Counted from the first letter of the stretch, positions 41,887 to 54,001 are shown. The stretch: DNA of 62,000 bases from Octopus vulgaris (GCA_951406725.2 OX597824.1:32446001-32508000), one strand, 5' to 3'. The notes: generated from the sequence alone by a model not told the origin. Translations and numbers: made by a program.

Positions 41887-42019
41887 CGAGAAGCATGCTG
41901 CTGTTTTCCAGCAAGTAACTGAGATGTTCAAACATTGCTCTCTGATTTTGTCGACTGATGCGGCAGAAATAACAGAGGAAGCGGCAACACATGACAACCA
42001 TTTCAGCACAAGCATCTTG
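41887..42019 (-). CDS. RyR: RyR window-exon 15/33: [44 protein letters not shown]
   Basis: ctgtag acceptor, gtaagt donor; 133 nt, phase 0 to 1. Confidence 0.96.
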
Positions 42020-42437
42020 CTACAGAATAAAATATTTGGGTGGCATTAAATCACTGGAGTCAATAAGGCACAATTCATAAAATTATCTTATCGTTTATCT
42101 TTTACTTGTTTTAGTCATTGGACTGCGGGCATGCTGGGGCATCACCTTAGAGGGTCTAGTCAAGTAAATCGATCTCAATATATGCTATTTTTTAAAGTCT
42201 GGTACCTATTCTATCAGTCTGTTTTGTCAAACTGCTAGGTTATGAGGATGTATACAAACCAACACTAGTCGTCAAGTTATGGTGGTGGAACAAATGCAGA
42301 CACATGCATGCACACACATACACACATGTGTCTACTATAGCAAGTGTCTTCTACTATAGCCTCGGGCTAACCAAAGCCTTGTGAGTGGATTCGATAGACG
42401 GAAACTGAAAGAAGGCCATCGATGATGATGATGATGA

Positions 42438-42515
<78 letters not shown>

Positions 42516-42887
42516 ATATATGTTTGTGTGTCTGTGTTTGTCCCCCAACATCACTTAACAACCGATGCTGGTGTGTTTATGTCCCTGTAACTTAGCGGTT
42601 CGGCAAAAGAGACCAATAGAATAAGTACTAGGCTTGCAAAGAATAAGTCCTGGGATCGATTTGCTCGACTAAAGGTGGTGCTCCAGCATGGCTGCAGTCA
42701 AATGACTGAAACAAGTAAAAGAGTAGAGTAATGAAACAAAAAGTACCAACACATCAACTTTTAAAGTGACATTCTCTAAACTTTTGAATTCCTGCAATTG
42801 GCACCAACGAAATATGAACATGGCAAAACATATTTGTTTACCTGCCTTAAGCTTGTAGTTGAATTCAAACAGTTATCATGTCCTTAC

Positions 42888-43095
42888 CTTACTTTGTACA
42901 GCACTAGGATCACTTTCACTTGGAGCACCAGCAATTGATGTTCTGTTACCAGCTGCTTGTTCAGATGCTGCTGCTTGTTGATGCTGTTGTGCTTTGTTAA
43001 GTGTGTTTACCATAAGCTGCATAACTGTCTCATGTACGCATAAAGCACGCATCAAATCAGGATGCTGGAAAAATACTTTGTTGTCCATGAGTTCC
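42888..43095 (-). CDS. RyR: RyR window-exon 14/33: [32 protein letters not shown]...SAVQSK
   Basis: cttcag acceptor, gtaagg donor; 208 nt, phase 2 to 0. Confidence 0.95.
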
Positions 43096-43363
43096 CTGAA
43101 GAAATGAAATAAAATAAAACAAAACATTGACAGAATTATCATTTTCTTTTTGTATAACTAAGTTTATTCCATGCTTCAACAATTCTGAGCATGAATAAAA
43201 TGCTTCTGAAAGTCATGGATGCTGCAATGTAAATTAAACTAGTTTTTTTTCTCTTTGGAAAATACCTTGGAAACATGCTTTATTATTTTTATAATTAAAA
43301 ATTGTTTTTTCATTCCCCTTACATTGTATTTTAAAACAAATGTCAAAATTTGATATTACTTAC

Positions 43364-43512
43364 TTGAGGCTTGTTTTCATGGACTCTTCCTCATCAACGG
43401 CCACTTGGACCAAAAGCAAAGAACGGATGTGTCCTAAAGCTTTTAATAATTCGTTGATGTCTTCTATACTAAAATTACTGATTACATAAGCTTTCTCCAA
43501 AGCAGAAAGTAA
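43364..43512 (-). CDS. RyR: RyR window-exon 13/33: LLSALEKAYVIS...LGHIRSLLLVQVAVDEEESMKTSL
   Basis: Not in ORF track; tttcag acceptor, gtaagt donor; 149 nt, phase 0 to 2; resembles LGQIRSLLIVQMG. Confidence 0.95.
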
Positions 43513-43691
43513 CTGAAATAAAAACAAAAATAATCAAATGAAAATGAAATTTTTTGAAATAAAGAAATTAAGATTTAAAAATTCTTAAGTTGATCATGTA
43601 TTAATTATCATTTATCATTTCTGTATATTTAAAAAATTACATTCTCATAAACATGACAAGTGTAATAAAAATGTTGAGGGTATTTTCTTTG

Positions 43692-43742
<51 letters not shown>

Positions 43743-43751
43743 ATTATTATT

Positions 43752-44040
43752 AAGTGAGAGAGGAGTGCATACCATCAAAGTGACACTTAGGTAAAATATA
43801 CGAAGCCCAGTATACTAAGATAAACAGCACATGACCTTGCAGGCGGGGCCCTGTTAGAATTTTCTTTGGGGCAAGCCCATCCTGCTCAAAAGGTCCCTGA
43901 ATAAGGGTTGTTTAAGGATGTTGAATGAAACACCCATGTTTCCAGAGGTGAAATGTTCAAACCTCCAAAGAATTCTTCTCAACACATAGCTATGATGCTC
44001 CCCCACTACTTCTGTTCGTGATCAGAGATGCACATATGTC
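43752..44040 (-). repeat. Dispersed (AAT)n-tailed repeat; second copy at about 60415-60990 (+)
   Basis: Shared atatgtgca.ctctgatcac...ttattcagggaccttttgagcaggatgggc...gtcactttgat; (TTA)n at 43692-43752. Confidence 0.78.
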
Positions 44041-44420
44041 TTGGTCTGTACTCTACAGTTACTAAAACCTTACACCCAGAGATTAAGTGGTCAACTGTTT
44101 CTATCCCATCGTTGCAGTATCAGCACTTTGGGTCTACACCATTTTTCATCCCATTGGCGTGATAGTTCTGGGTCAATAAGCTCTGATCTTGAGTAGTCAA
44201 GATAAAGCCTTCACTCTCTGCCTTTAGCCCTGAGCTCCATAGCCATTAACGACTGTTCTTCTGGTCTACATCTGCTTGTTTGCTATGGGCCACATATTTG
44301 CCATGCAAAGGTTTTTATTCCCACCTATCAGCCAATCGTATTCTTTGAGCATTTGCTTGGACTTTTTGTTGCAGTATTCCTTTTGCTGAAAGCAGTTCTT
44401 CTCTTGGTGATAGTCTATGT
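44041..44420 (-). mobile_element. R4/Dong-like (RLE) LINE fragment with zinc knuckle
   Basis: Reads W*KPLHGKY...WL.SSGLKAESEGFILTTQDQSLLTQNY...DPKC*YCNDGIETVDHLISGC...EYRPRH, with stops. Confidence 0.75.
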
Positions 44421-44696
44421 TTTCTCTTCATCTTTCTTCCTTTTCTAGTTTTTACATTGTTTCCACAGATTAGTTAATTCAATATTGATATTCATCTCCC
44501 TTTATTTCAATTATTATTATTATTTATTTATTTATTTATTTTATCGTTTCTTTTAATTTTCCTTCAGACATGCTTTGCCTTCAAATCATTTTGCTTACGA
44601 ACCCTGCATGACAATAATAATCTTCCCTCAAATTAACAAGACGAGAAATTAGAAACGTAATTTGGAAATTATAAAAAATACAGAAATTCCACTTAC

Positions 44697-44821
44697 TTCT
44701 GCAACGCCATTATACTGTCTGTGAAGTAGACTAAACATTTCTCTGACCAGGTTCTGGTCAGAGAGGAATGTTTCTTCTCCCCACCGAACCATTGTTTGGG
44801 CAATAAGTTTTTGTAGAGAAT
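44697..44821 (-). CDS. RyR: RyR window-exon 12/33: SLQKLIAQTMVRWGEETFLSDQNLVREMFSLLHRQYNGVAE
   Basis: ttctag acceptor, gtaagt donor; 125 nt, phase 1 to 0. Confidence 0.95.
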
Positions 44822-45766
44822 CTAGAAATAAAGTCATAGAAAAGGAATTGAATACCAAAATATGAAAGCATGCCAAAATTGATCAGCATTGATCACAATC
44901 ACTCAGAAGTAGACGTTATCTCAATATACAGCAAGTGTTTTAGATAGCAATATTTGGAGATGTCATTGGATAATTATAATAATTTATTCCTGTGATCTGA
45001 CTTGATTGAAATGAATTACCAATTGAAAGTCTATAGTTCCAGAATTAAGAAAGCTTAAGTGGTTATGTACAGAGACAGAACTTTGTTAATGTATTTGTCA
45101 AAAGAATCTTTGATAATAAGCCACATAATTAACATTGTAAGTAGATAAATATATAATTTCAAATAACCAAACAAAATCATTGAGAAAGGATCTGATTGAT
45201 AAACTAAGTATAAAAATTGCATGTAACTTAGGCACAGGGCTGCAAATCTGGGGATGGTGAGGGGCACAGTCACCAGTGCCTGACTGGCATGTATTTTGTT
45301 GACCCTAAAAGAATGAAAGGCAAAGTTGACTGCAGTGGTATTTGATCTCAGAACATAAACATTTGTAAATACCTCAATACATTTTCTTCAATGCTCTATT
45401 AGTTCTGTGAATCTGTAGCCTAAACTTAATATAATGGTTTTAGATTTTAGCACAAGGCCAGCAATATTTGGAGAGGGGGAAAAGTCGATTAGATCAACCT
45501 CCAGTGCTCAACTGGTACTCATTTTATTGACCTTGAAAAGACGGAAGGCAAAGATGACCCAGCAGTATTTGAATGCAGAGCATGAAGATGGATGAAATAC
45601 TGCTAAGCACTTTACCTGGTGTGCTAACGATTCTGCCAGCTTGATGCCTTGCCTAACTAAATATAATAACGTATAATTATATTCATAATGAATTTTAAAA
45701 AAATAATTTAATTTAATTTAAAATTTGTTAAACATAATCAAATGATCAATTAATAAAATATGGACT

Positions 45767-46105
45767 GGGGAAACCCCCTTTGGTCATGAATGATCATGGG
45801 ATTTCACCTAGAAAGTTACCCTCCGAGGTACAAGTCCGGGCAAGATTATTTATGGAAGACCAGCAGTCACCCATGCATACCAGCTTCCCCTCTCCACGCC
45901 ACCAGTGTTATCCAAGGGAAAGGCAACAGCAGATACAGCTTGGCACCAGTCATGTCGCAACTCATTTCTACAGCTGAGTGAACTGGAGCAACGTGAAATA
46001 AAGTGTCTTGCTCAAGAACACAACATGCAGCTCAGTCCAGGAATCGAACTCAGAACCTCACGATCGTGAGCTCGATGTTCTAACCCCTGAGCCATGTGCC
46101 TTCAC
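45767..46105 (-). mobile_element. tRNA-derived SINE, family B, with 12-bp TSD
   Basis: TSD aaaatatggact (45755-66, 46106-17). Truncated sister copy at about 46552-46790. Confidence 0.85.
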
Positions 46106-46977
46106 AAAATATGGACTAATTGATTAGTAATTACGGAGTAAGTGAAAGTATGTGGCCAAGTAGTTCTGGTGTTGCATTTATGATTGTAAAATTGTGGTTT
46201 TAATTCCTGAACCAGGCAGTGCATCATGTTCTTGAGCAAAATACTTCATTTCACATTACTCCAGTCCACTCAGCTGTAAATGGGTTCCATCAATAGTTGC
46301 AAAGTTAACCCTGCAATGGACTGGCATCCCACCATTTAGTGGGGGTAATATTGTAATCTCAGTCACTTATACACCACAGTGTATATAACTTTTAGACATT
46401 TACTTTAGTTGGACTTTTAATTCACTGGAAAGTTTTTGGTTGAAATTATAATTGACTGAATGTGCTTTATTCTTTTTTACTCATCCCATTGAGTAATCTA
46501 GCTCCAGTTGACACGTAAACTTAGATGAATAAATTAATAAAATATGAACTGGGGAGACCCCCTTCGGTCATGAATGACCATGGGATTACACCTAGAAAGT
46601 TACCCTCCGAGGTACAAGTCTGGGCAAGATTGTTTATGGAACGCCAGCAGTCGCCCATGCATACCAACCTCCCCTCTCAACACCACTGATGTTATCCAAG
46701 GGAAATGCAAAGGCCGATACAACTTGGCAGCAGTGATGTTGCAACTCATTTCTACAGTTGAGTTAACTGGGGTAACGTGAAATAGTGTCTTCACACACAC
46801 ACATGCACATTACCAAACATCTCTCTCTGTGGAACTGAACCCAAATTGATGGAATATAATTTTTGTCTTTGATATCAAATGCCACTTCAAACAACATCAC
46901 TGAAATTATAAACTAATTGAATGTTTCAGAACCAAAGCATTCATAATATTACAGAACAAATAAAATAATATCTATAC

Positions 46978-47251
46978 CATTTTTGGTTTCTTCGTCAGAT
47001 GATTTTTCTTTGATTTCTTCTTCTTTTTTAACCCTCCAGATCAAGCTTTTTAATTTTTCTTTCATCGATTTCGGCGAGTCATCTAACTGCTCAGTTTCAT
47101 TTGCTTCAGGTTGTTTTTGCAAAGTTGGCATTTCACAATGAATCATTAAAGTTTGATGGTAATTCAAAAGAGACTCTCGAAAATCTTCTCGGCATGCACA
47201 AATGTCTTCATCAAATTCTTCTTCAGATTTGAATTTAAGAAGATTCTTCAT
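46978..47251 (-). CDS. RyR: RyR window-exon 11/33: MKNLLKFKSEEEFDEDICAC...SSDEETKN
   Basis: tcttag acceptor, gtatag donor; 274 nt, phase 0 to 1. Confidence 0.9.
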
Positions 47252-48197
47252 CTAAGAATGGGAAAAATTAAAAACAAATTTTAATATTTAGAAACATTTC
47301 TGAAATATTTTCCAAAGGAAAAATTGGTAAATTAAACATATATAGTACTGTGTTTGATGGTGTAAAAAATGCATGAGCATGATAGATGTATACTAATTTT
47401 AGTAGAGTATATTTAGGAGAAAATTGCTTTTGATATGCTAAAACATGTAATCGAGGCCAACTTCTCATATAGGATGTGGAGAGACTTTTTGAGAAATTTT
47501 CTTGGAAAATAAGTGCATCTTACATACTATCAAATACAGTAATTTCATACATTAAAATGCATCAAATTGCTTTTCAGAAAAACAACAAATATTCAAATTG
47601 CATAGAATTCCTATTTGATTCTTTGAATTAATATTTTCTTTGTGGTTATAGATTTTATGAGTGTTATTGTATGCTACTGGATCAAAAGGGTTTGCTGAGG
47701 ACAACCTTCTGAAGTGGTTTATTGACAATCATCATTGTCATTTTAACATCCACTTTTCTATTCTTGCAAGGGGTAGATAGAATTTGTTGAAGTAGATTTT
47801 CTACAGCTGGATGCTCTTTCGGTTGCCAACTTTCACCTGTTTCTAAGCAAGGTAATATTTTCCCATGGCCAGATATGTTTTTCATGGAAGAGTGGAAGCA
47901 AGCAACCTTGCTTGAATGACAATGATGTTCATTTATAGACATCACATGATGTCTACACAAGGGTACACACTAATACCCCACCCCCCACACACACATGCAC
48001 ATTACCAAACATCTCTCACAGTGGAACTGAACCCAAGATCACTTGGTTGGGAAGTAAGCTTCTCAACTACTGAGCTATACCTGTTTTTCTTAAAGAGTTT
48101 ACAGTAGGATAATCTTTTTAATTAATGGAAAACATTATATTTTGATTGATGTAAAACTAGGACTACTTATTGCTGAAGACAAGTTAACAAGAAGGTC

Positions 48198-48245
<48 letters not shown>

Positions 48246-48423
48246 TAATACATGCAATTTCTGTTTATAAATTTTTCTTACAAGACTTGACTCTATGGTA
48301 GAAAACCTAAACCCAAAGAGTCGTGCCTAGAACTCAAACCTAGAACTTCCTATGTGAGTAAGTAAATATATATACATGTAAATATAAAACTTATTACTTG
48401 CAAATAATGATGAAATTCTATAC

Positions 48424-48522
48424 CTGTTGTTGTGGTGGACATCGAAATTCCCTGGTTTTCTTAGCAGTAACAGCAGAAGGAAGATCTGATTGTTTGATGG
48501 TATTGTAACGACGCAACTGGTC
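48424..48522 (-). CDS. RyR: RyR window-exon 10/33: [33 protein letters not shown]
   Basis: ttccag acceptor, gtatag donor; 99 nt; resembles SAALTARKTKEFRSPPQEQ. Confidence 0.95.
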
Positions 48523-48839
48523 CTGGAAACGGAAATATTGGAAGCATTCAGATATCAAAGTCATGAAGTGTTTTGTTATTTCATAATTGAAGCACAAAAA
48601 TGTTTCCAATAAAAATGAAGGAGCCTCTATATCTAGTTCTCAAACATTTTTTTACCCATAGACTCCCTTGATTCCAATTTAATTTGAGTGGACCCTCATA
48701 GCCATTTGATGCTTATAGACTCAGCCAGAGTCTATAGTAGAAGACACTTGCCCCAGGTGCTACTTAAAGGGACTAACCTGAAAATATGTGTTTGGGAAGC
48801 AATCTTCTTAACCACACTGCCACACCTTATCAGATTCAT

Positions 48840-49164
48840 GCGTGAGGGCGCGTGGCTGAGTGGTTAGGGCATTCGGCTCATGATCGTAAGGTTGTGAGTT
48901 CGATTCCCGGCGACGCGTTGTGTCCTTGAGCAAGACACTTTATTTCACGTTGCTCCAGTCCACTCAGCTGGCAAAAATGAGTTGTACTTGTATTTCAAAG
49001 GGTCAGCCTTGTCACTCTCTGTGTCACGCTGATTATCCCCGAGAACTACGTTAAGGGTACACGTGTCTGTGGAATGCTCAGCCATTTGCACGTTAATTTC
49101 ACGAGCAAGCTGTTCCGTTGATCGTATCAGCTGGGACCCTCGTCGTCGTAACCGGCGGAGTCTT
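48840..49164 (+). mobile_element. Young tRNA-derived SINE (family F) with 13-bp TSD
   Basis: TSD ttatcagattcat. A box tggctgagtgg, B box gagttcgattcc; CpGs retained. Related heads at about 35226-35476 and 46141-46380. Confidence 0.85.
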
Positions 49165-49394
49165 TTATCAGATTCATCCCACCCCCCTAGGACATCGTAA
49201 TAATGTCCATCACATAGAGATACAAGAAAACCGGATGATCCTTGTGGGTCTTAAGTAGGGCTCACTGTTGCATGCATTTCTAACAGGTCTTCAGGCTGAG
49301 AACTAATATCATGATGCTTAGCATTATCACTTAGGATTTTAGAATGAAAATAAAGAATTAAATAGAAAAAGATGAAAGCAAACAAATGACTTAC

Positions 49395-49493
49395 TGTTTG
49401 GCATTCTCCCACAAAGTGATCAGAAAATGCAACTATAGTTTCAACACGATGTCGCAACTGGTAGTCACATAAATGCTGCAGAATTCGACACAT
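49395..49493 (-). CDS. RyR: RyR window-exon 9/33: [33 protein letters not shown]
   Basis: taacag acceptor, gtaagt donor; 99 nt, phase 0 to 0. Confidence 0.95.
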
Positions 49494-50535
49494 CTGTTAA
49501 AGAATATTTATATCATATTATTAGCATCTTTATTTAAATTTAATTCAATAAAATTATATGTAGTAATTGTTTTTCATGCAGATGATGTCTTTGAGTTGTT
49601 TAAAATTTAAACAATATTGTTTCCATACACCAATAAATATACAGTCTTGCACACACACACATATATATATGCATGTACACATACACAAATGCATGCACAC
49701 ACACATACACACACATGCATGTACACATATATACATATATGCACATGCATATATATGGCAAATACAGGTATAGCTACTGAGCCACAAACACATGTACCCA
49801 AAATTGTCCTCTTATCTCCAGAGAATACGTCCATCTTTTTGTTTAATGACATGTCAACTTTAGAGAATTTTTGTTTCTTTTGATTACCTCCCCTTCTCAA
49901 GTGGATCTGGCCATAATTGCCATTTGGTAATTATGACACATCCTCTGGAAATGGTTTCAATAGATAAAGAATTTATGGTGTATGGTATTTGATGAATCTG
50001 TGTTTGTCTATGTTGTTTGAATACATGCCACTGGTGACTCTGAGTTATTTCTCTTAGCTCACTTTTTGCTTCTCTCTCTCTCTCTCTCTCTCAATATATA
50101 TATATATATATTATATGTAGAAAAATACAAACTGGGACAAGAACGTAAAACATTTAGAAGACGTTACAAAAAACACGGACGGGACATTCAAAGCCTTCAA
50201 TCTTCAGTCAAGAACCGGATCATCCTAGCAATTTCGGCTGATTAATCTTGAGATCGCTCCGATCCGGCCAGCCCCAAGGAAAAACTAAGCTACGAGCATT
50301 AGATTTCTTGGAAAAAGGATCGAATGTATACGAAACAGGGACAGAAAAATGGATGATGCCACACGAATATAAAATACAAAAAACAATAATGGTAAAAACA
50401 AGACAAAAACAGCGAGTGTCTTACGACTAATAGACAGTACAAATACACACATACATGCATACATACATTCACGCATACATACATACAGGCATACATACAT
50501 ACATTCACACATACATGCATACATACATACATACA

Positions 50536-50569
<34 letters not shown>

Positions 50570-51469
50570 CATACATACATATATATATATAAGTGTGTGT
50601 GTGTAGAATCAGCACTACTTAAGTAAGTGCTGGGAAGTGTTGTTTTAGCAAGAGGTCAAAAGAAGATCAAACTATGGTAAGAACTAGATGTGTGGGTGTG
50701 TGCATTAGATGAACGGAAAAAGCATTGATGTTTTTGGTCTGCAAAATTGTATCATCATCACCACCATCATTTAATGACCATTTTTATGCCAGCATGGAGG
50801 ACTGCATCAAGCTCCAAAGTCTGCTTTGGTATGGTTCCTAAGCCTGTTACATTCCCCAATGCCAAAGACTTTATAACAATTGGTTACCTCTTGTCTCCTT
50901 CAGCTTGCACCTTTATCACACTTTAGCCTTTCAACACCAGGCATAGACCTGGCCACACATCTCCCCCTCTCCCAAATGTTCCTCTTAGTAGTGGGAACTT
51001 TTCCCAATCTCTTTCTTCCAAGATACATGGTAACCACATTAGTGCTGGTGGCACAAGATAAACACCTAGTACACACCGTAAACTCTGTAAAGTGGTTGGC
51101 ATTAGGAAGGGCACCCAGCCATAGAGACCATGCCAAAAATGACATTGGAACTCAACGGATCCCTGGAGTTCACTGGTTCCCTGTCAAACCATCCAGCATA
51201 GAAAGTGGACGTTAAATAATGACAATGATGATGACACCACTGCCGCTGATGATGATGATGATGATGATGATAAATTCATTAGTGCCAATAATATATGAAA
51301 TAATAAAAAATTAAACTCACGAAATTAAGAACATAAAGAACATATATACAGGCATAAATATTTTTTTATACCTGGACTAGTTACGTTAGTAATACTAAAA
51401 ATGAAAAAAAGTTATGTTCTGTAATATTCTCTTTTTATTGTTGTTTAGAATTATGTTCCTTATGCATAC

Positions 51470-51525
51470 CTCGACTTTGACTGGTTCTGCCAACTCCATA
51501 CTAAGTAAGCCATGTTTTACTGCAA
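51470..51525 (-). CDS. RyR: RyR window-exon 8/33: AVKHGLLSMELAEPVKVE
   Basis: Not in ORF track; gatcag acceptor, gtatgc donor; 56 nt, phase 1 to 0; resembles GLLQMKLPESVKLQ. Confidence 0.9.
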
Positions 51526-51738
51526 CTGATCAAAATAAGGAAATATTAACAAGTGTTTCAATAAACATTTAAATATTAATTAAAAAAAGTTAATGAATTG
51601 TATTTGAAATCATAATTATAATTACGCCACAAACAGGGCTGTCATTAAGAAATTTGCTTTGCAGCCAAGGTGTATTGTATAATTAAGTGATAATTTTTTT
51701 TAGATAATTTCTAGGTTTATGAAATAACAGAAATTTAC

Positions 51739-51854
51739 CTCGTTCTCCATTAGGATCAAATGAAGCTGGATCAATGAGGCTTAGTAATATTAGGAGGTCA
51801 TCATCGTTTAATAATCCCATCAACAGAAGGTTGTCACAAACACGAAAGAGAGGA
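51739..51854 (-). CDS. RyR: RyR window-exon 7/33: PLFRVCDNLLLMGLLNDDDLLILLSLIDPASFDPNGER
   Basis: Not in ORF track; ttttag acceptor, gtaaat donor; 116 nt, phase 2 to 1. Confidence 0.93.
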
Positions 51855-52454
51855 CTAAAAATATGAAGAGGAAAATATGTATAGGGAGATATTTTAATGA
51901 ATGAAATTTGGAAAAATGAAACAACTTAATTAATAAAATTTGGAAGAAAATGAAAACATTCAGAATAAATATTCTGTTAGTTTTACTTTAGTATATGTTT
52001 AAATATGGTAACTCTATAAATATCACTAGAATGACTCTAAATATTGGAACATTAAATATTGAAATAGCCATCTATGTAATATACTTAATGTATACACATT
52101 GATGTTATCTGTGGTGAATACCACAGTAACTGGCTAATCAGTTGTGTATATACATTATGTATAATATATAGATAGCTATTTGTATCATACTTTGACAGTG
52201 CTTCAGTAGCATAAAACAGATTAAATACTGAATTTATATATTTATATAGATGGGTTTGCCTGAATAGCTTTATATATCCCTGGGCAAAGCAATGCACTGG
52301 AGCCTATAACATTTATTTATTGACAGCAAATTGCAACATATGTAGATTAGTATCGAGCTCCTAGAACCCCTGAACAACTAGCAATGTGACTATGCCTTAA
52401 GATAACACTATGCACAGAAATAAAGGAAGCAAGAAGAATTACTGCAATACTCAC

Positions 52455-52604
52455 ACAAAAAGATTTTCATTGCTTCCACCAATTGGATCTCTGATATGAG
52501 AAGCACCTTTTACAACAGCTTCATTCAGGGAGTATATTACATGCTGTTTTAGTTTATCCATTGGATAATATGGACAGAGAGACTCTTTGGGGATAGTTTT
52601 TGCT
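52455..52604 (-). CDS. RyR: RyR window-exon 6/33: AKTIPKESLCPYYP...HIRDPIGGSNENLF
   Basis: tttcag acceptor, gtgagt donor; 150 nt, phase 2 to 2; RDPxGGS motif. Confidence 0.93.
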
Positions 52605-53219
52605 CTGAAAATATGAAGCAAGAAATGAAAGAGGCCAGCTTTATTAGAGTAAATTTCATGAAAAAACAAAAACAAAACAACATTTTCAATGCCTATACAT
52701 ATGATGCTGAGTACCGAGTCACTGACAGACTAAACATTTATAATCTTTATATTGCTGATAAATGTAAAGGTATAATAAATATATACTGCATGTGGAGAGC
52801 TTCCAATAAAAATTATCAGTTTCTGTCTACCAAATCCACTCACAAGACACTTGCCCAAGGTGTCTTGCAGTGGGACTGAACCCAGAACCATGCAGTTGGT
52901 AAGCAGGCTACTTACCACACAGCCACTCCTGCGCCTGCTCATGAAATTAACATGCAAGTGACTGAGCATTCCACAGACTCATACACCCATAACATAGTTC
53001 TCAGGGAGACTCAGCATGACACAGAATGTGACAAGGCTGGCTCTTTGAATTACAGGTACAACTCATTATTGTCAGCTGAGTGGACTAGAGCAACAAGAAA
53101 TGAAGCATCTTGCTCAAGGTTACAATATACCATCAGGGAATGAACTCCTGACCTTATGATGATGAGCCAAGTACACTGGTTAGTAGAGGCTTGGATTATT
53201 ATGATATCAGCAAGGGGAT

Positions 53220-53560
53220 CATCATCATCATCATCATCATCGTTTAACGTCCGCTTTTCATGCTAGCATGGGTTGGACAATTTGACAGGTCTGGTGAACC
53301 AGATGGCTGCACTAGGCTCCAGTCTTGATCTGGCAGAGTTTCTACAGCTGGATGCCTTTCCTAACGCAAACCACCCCGAGAGTGTAGTGAATGCTTTTAC
53401 GTGCCAGTGGCACGAGGGCCAGTTAGGTGGTACTGGCAACGGCCACACTCAAATGGTGCTTTTTATGTGCCATCTGCACAGGAGCCAGTCCAGCGGCACT
53501 GGCAACGACCTCACTCAAATGTTTTCTTTCATGTGCCACCAGCACAAGTGCTAGTAAGGT
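53220..53560 (-). mobile_element. (ATG)n-tailed retroposon, family D
   Basis: Ends gacgttaaacgatgatgatg. Other copies at about 5890-6057, 35620-35795 (+), 36083-36290, 47730-47950, 50752-51270 (two, inverted), 58115-59460. Confidence 0.75.
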
Positions 53561-53824
53561 GACGCAGGTAATGATCTAGTAAGGTGATGCAGGTAACGAT
53601 TGCTAGTAAGGTGACGCAGGTAACGATTGGCGATGCAGGTAACTATTGGTGACACAGGGATGTGGGTGATTAAGTCAGAGACTTGTCAAAATCTCCGGTG
53701 TGGATTGGAGAACTACACTCTTTGATACTAGTACTGACACTGCAGCAAAAATTCCTCTCTCAAATAATATTGATGCTAATAAACCATTGATAAAGACTAC
53801 AGTCTCAACTGAAAAGTTACATAC

Positions 53825-54001
53825 CTGTCTTCAATTTCTTTCTCAGTAGTGTAAAGGCAAGGACGAATTGATACACTATCTTCCACTTTTGGTATAGTAT
53901 CACTTAATTTGACTGAAGCTGCCTCGACTGGTTTACGATATAAAGTTAAGGCTCTGGTTTTTTCACTGCGGGGTATGATGTATTCATTCTGAGTCATAAA
54001 C
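53825..54001 (-). CDS. RyR: RyR window-exon 5/33: FMTQNEYIIPRSEKTRALTLY...EKEIED
   Basis: tcccag acceptor, gtatgt donor; 177 nt, phase 2 to 2. Confidence 0.9.

Noticed and set aside
48840-48920. tRNA gene candidates (also 18918, 20367, 33389, 35226)
   Set aside because: A and B boxes continue into multi-copy SINE bodies with TSDs; no complete cloverleaf
53555-53660. About 28-bp tandem repeat (ctagtaaggtgacgcaggtaacgat)
   Set aside because: Three to four degenerate units at the 5' edge of a family D copy; ordinary slippage
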